The notes: generated from the sequence alone by a model not told the origin. 64,000 nucleotides of DNA from an uncultured Holophagae bacterium (GCA_963710645.1 CAVQBD010000006.1:46550-110549), one strand, 5' to 3'; counted from the stretch's first letter, positions 20,081-30,401 are shown. Numbers and translations are program-made.

Positions 20081-21094
20081 ATGGAGATCAGAAGCCTCAA
20101 TCCGTCCGACGAAGCGGCCGTCTTGGAACTCGTCTCCAGGGTTCTGACGACCTCTTCGATTCCCAGAACCCCCGAGTTCTGGCGGTGGAAGCACGTGGAC
20201 GGTCCCTTCGGCCCGTCCCCTGGACTGATCGCAGAAGAGGACGGCCAAATCATCGGACTCCGAATGTTCCTGAGCTGGCAGTGGCAGTCTGGGCCGAAGA
20301 TCCATCGGGCCGTGCGGGCGGTCGACACGATCACGGCGCCCGAGGCTCGGGGCCGCGGCGTGTTCACCCAGCTGACGTTGGGGCTCGTGGACCAGATGAG
20401 GAAAGAGGGCGTGTCATTCGTCTTCAACACTCCCAACGAGCAGAGTCGTCCGGGCTACTTGAAAATGGGCTGGCAGGACGTGACCAGGGTGCCGGTGCTG
20501 ATCAGGTTGATGAAACCGCTTTCGATCGTTCGTCGGAGATTCTCAGGCTCAGCCGAACCGGGGAAATCGGGGGCAGTCCACCATTCGCCGGGCGCCGAGT
20601 CCATCGCAGAGCTGTGCGGTAGCCCTGATCTCGCCGCGTTTCTGCCCGCCGTCGGCGATAGCGAGCGAAGGCTGTGCACGCCGCGATCTCCGGAGTACCT
20701 GGATTGGAGATACGGGACGATTCCCGGATTCGAGTATCGTGCCCGGAGCCGATTCGAAAACGAATCAGGGGCGGTGGTCATCTACCGTCATCGATCCCGC
20801 GGCCGGCTGAGCGAGCTTTCCTTTTCGGAGGTATTGGTGAGTCCGGATCCCGAGGGCGCCCGATCGGGCGCAAAGTTGTTGCGTGACGTCATCAAGGGCT
20901 CTCCAGCGGATTACGCGGCGGCGTGCGCGGCCCGTGGGACCTGGGAGCGGTCTGCTCTTCTGCGTGCGGGTTTCCTCCCCGTCGGTCTGCCGGGCCCGCG
21001 GTTCACCGTATATCCGCTGCAAGAGTCCTTGTCGCCTGATCCGTTGGCGTGGTCGTCATGGCGGACGTCCGTCGGTGACCTCGAGCTCTTCTGA
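20081..21094 (+). CDS. GNAT-family acetyltransferase-like protein
   Basis: MEIRSLNPSDEAAVLELV... and an acetyl-CoA-site-like ...APEARGRGVFTQLTLGLV.... Only the part downstream of the Met at 20081 of ORF 19415-21094 is credible. Confidence 0.65.
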   Translation: MEIRSLNPSDEAAVLELVSRVLTTSSIPRTPEFWRWKHVDGPFGPSPGLIAEEDGQIIGLRMFLSWQWQSGPKIHRAVRAVDTITAPEARGRGVFTQLTLGLVDQMRKEGVSFVFNTPNEQSRPGYLKMGWQDVTRVPVLIRLMKPLSIVRRRFSGSAEPGKSGAVHHSPGAESIAELCGSPDLAAFLPAVGDSERRLCTPRSPEYLDWRYGTIPGFEYRARSRFENESGAVVIYRHRSRGRLSELSFSEVLVSPDPEGARSGAKLLRDVIKGSPADYAAACAARGTWERSALLRAGFLPVGLPGPRFTVYPLQESLSPDPLAWSSWRTSVGDLELF

Positions 21095-21109
21095 TTTGAG
21101 CCCGCAGAC

Positions 21110-22376
21110 GTGACCTACGACATTACTGCATTCGTTTTGCTTTCGCTGGTGGCTCTGGTAGTCGCCGGTGGGCTGGGGAAGCGAGCGACTTGGGTGTCAC
21201 CTCGTCTCTTGATGACTGCGGTGTTGTTGAGGATCATTGGGTCCACCGTGAGGTATGAGGTCCTCGAGAGGTTTTATGGCGGAGTCGGAGACGCCAGGGG
21301 TTATTACGGTTATGGCGCTCAGATTCGCAGAAAAAATCTGGGCTCTTGACCTGAGTCCCCTGTCATACGAAGCGTGGTTCAGCGGTCGCTGGTGGGGCAC
21401 GCAACTTCATGAGAAACCTGTCCGGCCTCGCCGTGACGGTTGTGGGGCCGAGTCTTACGGGCCGAGTTTCTGTTGTTTTCACTCCTCTCCTTTTGCGGCC
21501 TGTTTGCGTTGGCCCTCGCGTTTCACCGCAACTATCCGGGCCCAGCGGCCAAATGGTACGCAGCGCTTATGTGGCTTTGGCCGTCGCTGTGGTTCTGGCC
21601 GTCAAGCGTTGGTAAAGAAGCGGTCGTCATCTTCGGAATCGGCGTCGCGGTTCTCGGATTTGTGGGGCGGAAGGGTCGGCCCAATTGGTGGGTCTTCGTG
21701 GCCTGGTTTCGGGGTCGTCTTCTGTATTCGACCACACATGGCCCTCGTGGTCGCGTTGTCTGCAGCTGCGGCGACGTGGTTCTCGAATTGGCGCGGCTTC
21801 AGCCCGAGACGGATGGTTGAGGTCGCTGTGGCGGTCGTCATTACGGTGATTGCGTTCCAGGGCATGATGGCGCAGTTCGGTTTGGGTGAGGCGGACCTCG
21901 AGGGCATTCAAGAGTTCGCCGAGATCAGGTCGTCCCAGTCGTTAAAGGGTGGGAGCAATATCGGGGGGACCGGACTCACCGGGGCGGGCGTTCCAATGGC
22001 CGTCATCAATGTCTGGTTCAGACCGTTTCTGTGGGAGGCCCACAATCCCATGGCGGCGGTTGCGGCCCTGGAGATGGTGCTCTTCTGGTATCTGGTCTGG
22101 AGGAATCGCCGAGGTCTGAAACCCGTCCTCAAGAACTGGAGGAGATCGCGGCTTATCGCCTTCGCCATACCTTTCCTGGTGCTCTTCACATTCATGATCG
22201 GTCTCGTGATGGGGAATATGGGTCTTCTGGCCAGACAGAGGACTCCGATCTTTCCCTTTGCGTTCATGGTGATCGCTGCCGGCACCGTCGTGGTCCCGGT
22301 GCGCCGCCGGCGGACAGCCCTCCATTGGGTAGCCCGACCCCCAGCAGCGTCGCCACCTACGGCGGCCCGACGATGA
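21110..22376 (+). pseudogene. polytopic membrane protein, O-antigen/EPS polymerase (Wzy)-like, frameshifted
   Basis: Strongly hydrophobic segments are spread over three frames (21110-21349, 21255-22376, 21440-21820). Position in a Wzx/Wzz locus suggests Wzy. No diagnostic motif, so the family call is weak. Confidence 0.45.
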
Positions 22377-23175
22377 TCGGTCTGGTCCGTAACATCGTGC
22401 GCGCGATCCAGCCGATGGTTCCGCGGTCGCCGGCTGGCGGAGTCGTGCTCTGCTACCACCTGGTTGATGCCGGCACCGCCTCCACCGGTGGACATCCCGG
22501 AGTCCCTTTTCCGCGATCACATGGAGACCCTGGCCAATAATGCGAATGTGGTGGATCTGAACGGGTTGGCGGCCACGCACTGGAATGCGGAGGACGGACG
22601 GCCAAGACCCACGGGTGGTCATTACGTTCGACGACGCTTTTAAGAACTTTTTCGAGGTGGCCTTCCCGGTGATGCACGATTTCGGATTGCCGGTGACCCT
22701 GTATGTGCCGGTGGGGTTCGTGGATGGGGAGGCGCCAAGCCCAATGTCAGGAGGGAGAAGACCTCGAGCCGGCCACCTGGAAGGAATTGGAGGAGGGCGT
22801 TGCGAGCGGCCTTCTCACCATCGGTTCGCACTCCTGGACCCACCCGGACGTCCGAGAACTCGATGATTCCTCAGCCCGAACGAGAATTGGGCGATTCGCG
22901 GTGCGTGTTGGAGGATCGTCTCGAGACTCCGGTGGCCTCGTTCTGCTACCCGCGCGGCATGTGGAATCAGCGTTCGGAGGGGATGGTCGCGCGAGTACTA
23001 CGACTCAGCAGTCGTCGGCGGAGGAACCCGAGTCACCCGGGCAAACTACCCCCCGCTGCGGATTCCAAGAATCCCCATACGACGTGACACCCAACAGAAG
23101 CTGGAGCCCATGCTGCGGTCGCGAGTGTGGCTCGAGGAATGGCTGGCGGATCGAGTCCGCAGGACGTTACGGTGA
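22373..23175 (+). pseudogene. polysaccharide deacetylase (NodB homology domain), frameshifted
   Basis: Pieces lie in different frames: ...VVITFDDAFKNFFEVAFPVM..., ...LTIGSHSWTHPD..., ...FCYPRGMWN.... The ATGA start overlaps the stop of the preceding gene. Confidence 0.65.
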
Positions 23176-23197
23176 ATCCAGAGACGTTTGAATCGAC

Positions 23198-24350
23198 GTG
23201 CCCCGACTCCTCGTCACCGTCACCCATCCCATCACGGCTCGTTTTCTCATGGGCGGCCAGTTGGGCCATCTTCGCGACGCTGGTTTTGACGTTGCGGTGG
23301 CGACCGCGCCGGCGCCGACCTGGAACTGGTGGCCGAGACGAGACGGGGTGCAGGTCCTCGCCGTGCCCATGGCCCGGGAGATGTCACCCCTCGACGATGC
23401 CGCTTCGCTGGCGCGAATGCTGAACGCAGTGAGGCAGATACCACCCACGGATCGTCAATGCCGGAACACCGAAGGCCGGCCTGCTCGGGATGATCGCGGC
23501 CTGGGCGGCGAGCGTTCCGGTGCGGGTCTACACTTTGCGCGGATTGAGGTTGGAGACCGTCGACGGGAACACCCGCCGACTGCTGACCATGACCGAAAGG
23601 GTGGCTGCCGGCTGTGCCCATCGCGTGGTGTGCGTGAGCGACAGCTTGAGGACTCGCGCCATCGACCTCGGGTTGGTCCCTGAAACGAAAGCCCTTGTGT
23701 TGGGGTCGGGGTCCTCGAACGGGGTGGATGTGGAGCGCTTCCGGCCGAGATCGGATCGCGAGAGGACGCAACTCCGGTCTGAGCTCGGCATCCCGGACGA
23801 CGCGCCGGTCGTGGGCTTTGTCGGCCGCTTCACCCGTGACAAAGGAATCGCCGATCTCGCGGACACCTTTTTCGGAAAGGTCGTCGAGCGATTCCCCGAC
23901 GCCCGACTCCTGTTGATCGGAGATTTTGAGGACGGCGATCCGGTGGCGCCCGAGGTGCGTCAGCGACTGGAGGACGACCGCCGCGTCGTTCGCCCCGGGT
24001 TCGTGTCCGACACCGCGCCCTACTACGGCGCCATGGACGTTCTGGCGTTCCCGTCGTATCGTGAGGGCTTCCCGAATGCGCCTCTGGAAGCGGCTTCCAG
24101 CTCCATCCCGGTGGCCGGGTACGCCGCAACCGGCACCGTGGACGCGGTGGTGACCGGTCGCACCGGAACCCTCGTCCCTATTCGGAATCCACAGGGCCTG
24201 GCAAACGCGCTCCTCAGCTACCTCGACGACCCGGCGCTGCGGCGAGCGCACGGCGGGAATGGACGGGAGCGGGTCGAGGGCGAATTCCGACGCGAGATCG
24301 TGTGGCAGAATTGGATCGACTTCTATCGCGGGGCACACGGCAGGGGCTAG
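23198..24350 (+). pseudogene. glycosyltransferase family 4, one frame change near 23440-23490
   Basis: N-terminal part MPRLLVTVTHPITARFLMGGQLGHLRDAGFDV... is in one frame. The rest (...AGLLGMIAAWAASVPVRVYTLRG...FPSYREGFPNAPLEAASSSIPVAG...) is in another. Confidence 0.7.
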
Positions 24351-24361
24351 ACTGAGACGTC

Positions 24362-25012
24362 ATGTATCGGGCCTTTGGCAAACGACTGTTGGATCTTCTG
24401 CTGGTGGTTCCCGGCCTGGTGGTGCTGGGACCGGTGTTGCTGGCCATCGCGGCCGCCGTTCGCCGGAAGCTGGGCTCGCCGGTCCTTTTCCGCCAGATCA
24501 GACCGGGTCTGAGGGGACAGCCCTTCGAAATTCGAAAATTCCGAACCATGACCGACGAGCGGGACACCAATGGCGACCTATTGCCCGACGCGGAACGCCT
24601 GACGCCGTTGGGCAGTTTCCTGAGGCGGACCAGTCTCGACGAGCTGCCGGAGCTCCTGAACGTGCTGACGGGCGACATGAGCCTGGTGGGGCCGAGGCCT
24701 CTCATCATGAGTTATCTGGACCGCTACACTCCTGAGCAGGCGCGTCGCAACGAGGTGGTGCCGGGTGTCACGGGTTGGGCCCAGGTCAACGGCCGCAATG
24801 CGTTGTCCTGGGAGCAGAAGTTCGCGTACGACGTTTGGTACGTGGATCATCTCAGCCTCTGGCTGGACCTGAAGATCCTGGCCATGACCGTGTGGCAGGT
24901 CTTTGCCGGTCACGGCGTCAGCGCCGAGGGTCACGCCACCATGCCGGAGTTCATGGGATCAGACGTTCAAGAAAACGACATCAATAAACCACCCGACGGG
25001 GTGGATAAATAG
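24362..25012 (+). CDS. undecaprenyl-phosphate sugar phosphotransferase (small PglC/WbaP-C-terminal type)
   Basis: MYRAFGKRLLDLLL..., ...SPVLFRQIRPGLRGQPFEIRKFRTM..., ...LDELPELLNVLTGDMSLVGPRP..., a classic bacterial sugar transferase domain. Confidence 0.9.
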   Translation: MYRAFGKRLLDLLLVVPGLVVLGPVLLAIAAAVRRKLGSPVLFRQIRPGLRGQPFEIRKFRTMTDERDTNGDLLPDAERLTPLGSFLRRTSLDELPELLNVLTGDMSLVGPRPLIMSYLDRYTPEQARRNEVVPGVTGWAQVNGRNALSWEQKFAYDVWYVDHLSLWLDLKILAMTVWQVFAGHGVSAEGHATMPEFMGSDVQENDINKPPDGVDK

Positions 25013-25066
25013 GATGCGATCCGTGCGTTTATATTTCTGTCCTTTTGTGCGGAATAGGAGGACGAT

Positions 25067-25633
25067 TTGAAGATCGGTAAAGACGTCACGATTCACTCGT
25101 CGGTGAAGATCATCAATTCTGAAAAAATCACGATGGGAGATGCGGTCATCGTGGATGATTTTGTGTTGCTTTTTGGAGGCAAAGGCGTCTCTATAGGGAA
25201 CTTTATCCATATTGCGGCTTTTTCGAGTATCGGCGGTGGCGGTGAGTTGGTGATGGGAGATTTTTCTGGTCTTTCCATGGGAGTTCGAGTGTACACTGGG
25301 AATGAGGACTACTCGGGAGAGAGCTTTACAAACCCGACACTGCCCGCTCCCTATCGGCAACCGATTCGGTCCTTCGTTCGGATCGAGAAGTTCGCAGTTG
25401 TGGGTGCGAATAGCGTGATCTTGCCCGGTGTGACGATCGGTGAAGGTGCTGTGGTCGGCGCGAATTCTCTGATCTTGAAAGACTGTAAACCGTGGACGGT
25501 ATATCTCGGAAATCCGGCGCGCCCTGTTCGAGAGAGGCCGAGTAGAAAACTTCTAGAAATGGAAGAAAAATTGAGGAAAGAGATTTACGACGCGAACGGT
25601 GAATATATTCCGAGATCCGAGAGGGAAATATGA
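25067..25633 (+). CDS. hexapeptide-repeat (left-handed beta-helix) acyltransferase
   Basis: Repeated [LIV]-G-x4 hexapeptides (...VVGANSVILPGVTIGEGAVVGANSLI...). TTG start preceded by GGAGG five nt upstream. The gene is lower in GC than its neighbours. Confidence 0.8.
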   Translation: MKIGKDVTIHSSVKIINSEKITMGDAVIVDDFVLLFGGKGVSIGNFIHIAAFSSIGGGGELVMGDFSGLSMGVRVYTGNEDYSGESFTNPTLPAPYRQPIRSFVRIEKFAVVGANSVILPGVTIGEGAVVGANSLILKDCKPWTVYLGNPARPVRERPSRKLLEMEEKLRKEIYDANGEYIPRSEREI

Positions 25634-25724
25634 CACGGAAGCGGCGACTCGTACAAAGGGACGTACAGGCAAACAGGTGGAATGAGGACTCACCCTCCTT
25701 CAACAAAGGGCCGCTGGGCAATCG

Positions 25725-26366
25725 GTGTCCGGGGAGGTGTTCGTGACGGCCAAGGGACGCCTGGTGGTGCTGGGCGCCGGAGGGCACGGCAAGGTGCTGG
25801 TGAGCGCCGCCCAGGAGGAGGGCTGGCACGTGATCGGAGTCCTCGACGATGACCCGTCGCTGAAGGGTCAGGACGTTCTTGGAACCGAGATCATGGGAGG
25901 CGTGGACCTTCTCGGCCGGCTCGATTTCGACGCGGCCGTGATCGGTGTCGGAGCCAACAGGGCCAGGCAGGCGTTTGCCGGGAGGATCCGGACGAAATGG
26001 ACTACTGTGATCCACCCCTCGGCGGTGGTCCACCCGGACGCCGTCATAGGTGTGGGGACCGTGATCTTCGCCGGGGCCATCGTCCAGCCCGGTTCCGTGA
26101 TCGGTGACCATGTAATCCTCAACACCGGCGCGTCGGTTGATCATGACTGTCGCATCGGGAGTTTCGCCCATGTGGCCCCCGGGTGCGCCCTGGCAGGACA
26201 CGTGACGGTTGGAGAAGGCGCGTTCGTGGGTATCGGCTCCACCGCCATACCGGGTGCCGTGATCGGGGCCTGGGCCACGGTCGGCGCCGGAGCATCGGTG
26301 GTTCAACCGGTGGAGGACGGGATGACCGTGGTGGGCGTTCCGGCGCACCCGGTGTATCGGACCTGA
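25725..26366 (+). CDS. PglD/NeuD-family sugar N-acetyltransferase
   Basis: Rossmann-like N-domain (LVVLGAGGHGKVLVSAAQEEGWHVIGVLDDD) followed by a beta-helix (...IGDHVILNTGASVDHDCRIGSFAHVAPG...). Confidence 0.8.
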   Translation: MSGEVFVTAKGRLVVLGAGGHGKVLVSAAQEEGWHVIGVLDDDPSLKGQDVLGTEIMGGVDLLGRLDFDAAVIGVGANRARQAFAGRIRTKWTTVIHPSAVVHPDAVIGVGTVIFAGAIVQPGSVIGDHVILNTGASVDHDCRIGSFAHVAPGCALAGHVTVGEGAFVGIGSTAIPGAVIGAWATVGAGASVVQPVEDGMTVVGVPAHPVYRT

Positions 26367-26369
26367 GCC

Positions 26370-27498
26370 GTGGGTCGCATCTACCTTTCACCACCGCACA
26401 TGGGCGGCGACGAGTTGGACCTGGTTCGGGAGACCTTCGAGTCCAACTGGATCGCCCCGCTCGGCCCTCAGGTGGACGCATTCGAGCGGGAGTTTGCCGC
26501 AACTGTCGAGGTGCCGCACGCGGCGGCGCTGTCATCGGGAACCGCCGGGCTGCACCTCGCGTTGGAATTGACGGGGGTGGGCCGGGGTGACACGGTCGTG
26601 TGCCCGACGCTGACCTTTTCGGCCACGGCCAACGCCATCACTTACGTCGGGGCGGAGCCGGTGTTCGTGGACTCGGACGACGCCAGCTGGAATCTGGATC
26701 CAGAATTGCTCCGCCGAGGAACTCGACGCGGCCGCGCGCTCCGGGAAGCAGCACGCCGCCGTGATTGCCGTGGACCTCTATGGCCAGTGCGCCGACTACG
26801 GGCAGATCGTTCATCTGTGCGCCGAGTACGATGTTCCGTTGATAGAGGACGCGGCCGAGGGTCTGGGGGCGACGTGCAATGATCGGCCTGCCGGCGGCTT
26901 TGGCCGCTGCGGGGTGTTTTCATTCAACGGCAACAAGATCATCACGACCTCCGGCGGCGGCATGCTGGTGTCGGACGACCAAGCTCTTGTGGCCCGGGCA
27001 CGCTATCTGGCGACCCAGGCCCGCGACCCGGCGCCTCACTATCAACACTCGGCCATCGGTTACAACTACCGCATGAGCAACGTCTTGGCGGCCATCGGCA
27101 GGGGCCAACTCCGGGTGCTCGTGGATCGGGTGGCGGCTCGGCGCGCCAACTTCGACCACTACCGCCGCGCGCTCGGTGATCTGCCGGGAGTGGAGTTCAT
27201 GCCCGAGACATCGTACGGCCGTTGCACCCGGTGGCTCACCTGTCTGACCATTGATCCTGCTTTGTCTGGCGTGACCCGCGAGGACCTCCGCCTCGCCCTC
27301 GAGGTCGAGGACATCGAAGCCCGGCCGGTGTGGAAGCCCATGCACCTGCAGCCCGTGTTTCAAGGCTGCCGCGTCCGGGGTGGCGACATCGCGTCGCGAC
27401 TTTTTGATCACGGCCTGTGTCTGCCGAGTGGATCAAGCTTGACCGAGGAGGACCGGAATCGTGTGATCGGCATTTTTCGGGGTCGATTTGGAGACTGA
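26370..27498 (+). pseudogene. DegT/DnrJ/EryC1/StrS aminotransferase (PglE-like), single frame change near 26706-26712
   Basis: ...YLSPPHMGGDELDLVRETFESNWIAPLGP... then, after a one-base shift in ...gaattgctccgccgag..., ...AVIAVDLYGQCADY...IEDAAEGLGA...FSFNGNKIITTSGGGM.... Confidence 0.85.
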
Positions 27499-27513
27499 CG
27501 ACTGACGGCTGAC

Positions 27514-29433
27514 ATGAACGACGATTTACACCACCGCCATCAGTACGCGACGGAGGATGAGCCCAGACACCACGTTCCATGGGAACGCTTCCTCAGCCGT
27601 CCGTTCCAGTATGTGATGGACCTCTGCGTCCTGACTCTTGCCTTCTTGGTGGCCTACCAGCTCCGCTTCGAGTTTGAGATCCCAGAATTCTACAGCCGCG
27701 CCATTCCGGTCCAGCTGCCGCTGGCTGTGCTCATCCAGTTCGCCGCCCTGAACCTGGTGGGGGTCTACTCCTTTGTGTGGCGCTACGTCGGCATGTCCGA
27801 GGTCAAGCCGTTCCTCAAGGCTGCGGTGTGGTCGGTGCTGCCGATCCTCGTGCTCCGTCTGCTGCTCCCCGAGCACCTTGGACTGCTGCGCATGCCGATC
27901 TCGGTGATCGTGACCGACACGATCTTCGCATTCGGTGGAGTTCTTGGGCTTCGGGTCATTCGCCGCAGCTTGTACGAGCGTTATGAGCGGAAGCTCCACA
28001 AGGAAAATGGCTTCGGCGAGACTTTGCCGGTGTTGCTCGTGGGCGCGGGGAAGGCCGGGCTTCTGGCGGCAAAGGAGATCCAGAGCCGTGGGGACATGAA
28101 CGTGAAGATCGTGGGCTTTGTCGATGACGCCAAGACAAAGCAGGGAACCGTTATCCAGGGTGTCCGGGTGATCGGCACGACCCATGATCTCCCCCGTTTG
28201 GTAACCGAGCACCACATCGACCACGTGGTCATCACCATCGTCAAGGCGTCGAGGACCCAGATACGGCGCATCGTGCAGATCTGTGAGCAGATCCCGGTCA
28301 AGGCTCGGATCATCCCTGGGCTCTATGAGATCCTGTCGGGCGATGTGGAGATCAGCCGTCTCCAGGACCTTCAGATCGAGGACCTTCTGGGCCGCGACCA
28401 GGTCCACCTCGACGAAGAGGGGGTCAGAGGGTTCCTCGCGGGGAAAACGGTCATGATTACCGGGGCCGGTGGTTCCATCGGCTCCGAACTTGCCCGCCAG
28501 GCGGCGCGGTTTGGTGTCGGGACCTTGTTGTTGGTGGAACGTGCCGAGTTCGCGCTCTTCGACATCGACCGCGAATTGCGCGAGGCCCGGCCCGATCTGT
28601 CCATCGTGCCGCTCGTGGCAAACGTTTCGGATGAGACACGGATGCGGCCCCTTTTCGAGGCCTACCGGCCGGCGGTGGTGGTGCACGCGGCGGCACACAA
28701 ACACGTGCCGATGATGGAGTCCAATCCGTGCGAGGCGGTGAGCAACAACATCCTCGCCACACGGCTCCTGGGGGAGATTGCCGGGGAGTTCGAAGCCGAG
28801 GCTTTTATCCAGATCTCCACCGACAAGGCGGTCAACCCGACATCGGTGATGGGCGCCTCGAAAAGGGTCGCCGAGCTGGTGGTCCAGGATCTCAATCCGC
28901 GCTACAGCACGCACTTCATTTCGGTTCGGTTCGGCAACGTGCTCGGGTCCGCCGGTTCGGTGATCCCCATCTTCAAGGAGCAGATCCTCAAGGGCGGACC
29001 GGTGACCGTGACCGATCCGGAAATGACCCGCTACTTCATGACCATCCCCGAGGCGGCCCAGCTCGTGCTCGAGGCCGGCGCCATCGGCCAGGGTGGCGAG
29101 ATTTTCGTGCTGGACATGGGCGAACCGGTCCGCATTCTCGATATGGCCAACGAGATGATCAGGCTGTTCAACCTCAGACCGAATGAGGACATCGAGGTCG
29201 TTTTCACAGGGGTCCGACCGGGTGAGAAGCTCTTCGAGGAACTCGCCGCTCTGGACGAGAACCACACCAGGACCCGGCACCCGAAGATCTTCATCGGCAC
29301 CATCAACACCTATCCGGACCGTCAGGTTCGAGAGGCCCTGGAACGGTTCGAGGAATTGGGCGTATTCGGCAGGGAGAAGGAGCTGAGGCGGTTCTTGAAC
29401 GAACTCCTGCCCGAGGCGACGATCACCGAGTAG
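27514..29433 (+). CDS. membrane-anchored UDP-GlcNAc 4,6-dehydratase (PglF/CapD/WbpM family)
   Basis: N-terminal TM segments, then VLLVGAGKAG and VMITGAGGSIGSEL Rossmann motifs and ...ISTDKAVNPTSVMGASKR.... 639 aa, intact. Confidence 0.9.
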   Translation: MNDDLHHRHQYATEDEPRHHVPWERFLSRPFQYVMDLCVLTLAFLVAYQLRFEFEIPEFYSRAIPVQLPLAVLIQFAALNLVGVYSFVWRYVGMSEVKPFLKAAVWSVLPILVLRLLLPEHLGLLRMPISVIVTDTIFAFGGVLGLRVIRRSLYERYERKLHKENGFGETLPVLLVGAGKAGLLAAKEIQSRGDMNVKIVGFVDDAKTKQGTVIQGVRVIGTTHDLPRLVTEHHIDHVVITIVKASRTQIRRIVQICEQIPVKARIIPGLYEILSGDVEISRLQDLQIEDLLGRDQVHLDEEGVRGFLAGKTVMITGAGGSIGSELARQAARFGVGTLLLVERAEFALFDIDRELREARPDLSIVPLVANVSDETRMRPLFEAYRPAVVVHAAAHKHVPMMESNPCEAVSNNILATRLLGEIAGEFEAEAFIQISTDKAVNPTSVMGASKRVAELVVQDLNPRYSTHFISVRFGNVLGSAGSVIPIFKEQILKGGPVTVTDPEMTRYFMTIPEAAQLVLEAGAIGQGGEIFVLDMGEPVRILDMANEMIRLFNLRPNEDIEVVFTGVRPGEKLFEELAALDENHTRTRHPKIFIGTINTYPDRQVREALERFEELGVFGREKELRRFLNELLPEATITE

Positions 29434-29462
29434 AACAGCGCCGGCTCTCTCGCGGGCACCCA

Positions 29463-29493
29463 ACGCAGCGCACGTCGCTGCGTTTTTCTTTAT
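29463..29493 (+). terminator. rho-independent terminator closing the EPS operon
   Basis: ACGCAGCG - cacgt - CGCTGCGT (perfect 8-bp stem) followed by TTTTCTTTAT, 30 nt after the pglF-like stop. Confidence 0.6.
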
Positions 29494-29595
29494 CCCGAGC
29501 AGTGTTGGATGGGATCTGGCGGTGGCGGTTGACATCTTCACCGCCCATAGCCACCATCCGGGCCGAGGGGCGTCACATCAGACCGGCAGGAGTCA

Positions 29596-30401
29596 TCAGC
29601 GATCGGGACGGAACAGCCGACTGAACCTCGTGCGGAGGAGGGAAAGAGGAGAGACCGGGAGACCGAGCCAGTTGGTGATCCCGAGTTCCAAGGCTGTGTC
29701 GTACGGCGAGGTCTTTCGGTCGAGCCGTTGGGCCATGCTAGGTGTGTCGTACCAGGTGCCGTCCTCGTTGGCGGAATATGCTGCGGCGCAGAATAGGACG
29801 GTCTCCACGTTGGATGGATCCTGCGGGCAGTCTGATGTCCGGGCGGCCACAAATGCCGGACCGGGTATTCGCACCGTGTGCCCGGCCATCTCCACCTCGC
29901 TCGTTTTTTGCTGGAGAAGCTCGAAGAGTGAGCCAGCACTTCCCAGCGCACGCCACGGTGACCCGGCAAGGCCTCGAAATATGTGTCCTCGTCTTTCGGA
30001 TCCACCATCGGCACCAGCAGGGCGCCCTCGGCCGGGACCAGATCCCAGCGGCCGAGCACCGCCCTGCCGGCAGAGGATGAGCTGAACACGACGACCGGGA
30101 CACCGCTCTTTCGGACCTCGGTGGCGATGTCCCCGAGCAAGAGGGCCGTTGCGTGTTCGAGGGATGCGGCGGCACCCCGGCACTGGGACAGGTTCACGTT
30201 GCCGGGGATGTCCCACCCGGCGGCATCATGGATCTCCTTGACCAGGTGCCAGGCGATACCGCGAAGAAACGTCGGAGTGGCCGAGTCCTCCTCGAAGAGA
30301 CGGGCGATGTGCAGGGCGCGGGAGACGTCCGGCCCCTCGGGCGCATACCGCCGGTGCCAGAGTTCGATCACCGTCTGAATTGTCCCGATACTGACCGTCA
30401 T
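29596..30401 (-). pseudogene. hypothetical protein, one frame change near 29930
   Basis: Coding-looking sequence runs from MTVSIGTIQTVIELWHRRYAPEG... to ...SSFSSKK, then continues in another frame (...EVEMAGHTVRIPGPAFVAAR...ELGITNWLG...). No family recognised. The 176 codons upstream of this Met in ORF 29538-30929 look non-coding. Confidence 0.35.

Noticed and set aside
12550-25640. Genomic island or mobile element call for the low-GC patches in the EPS locus
   Set aside because: There is no integrase, transposase, flanking tRNA or direct-repeat boundary. Only compositional patches are visible, so this is reported as a possible mosaic and not as a mobile element.
27526-29541. 671-aa ORF on the - strand
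   Set aside because: It is antisense to the intact PglF/CapD-like dehydratase gene, has no recognisable motifs, and its composition is typical of a GC-rich shadow frame.
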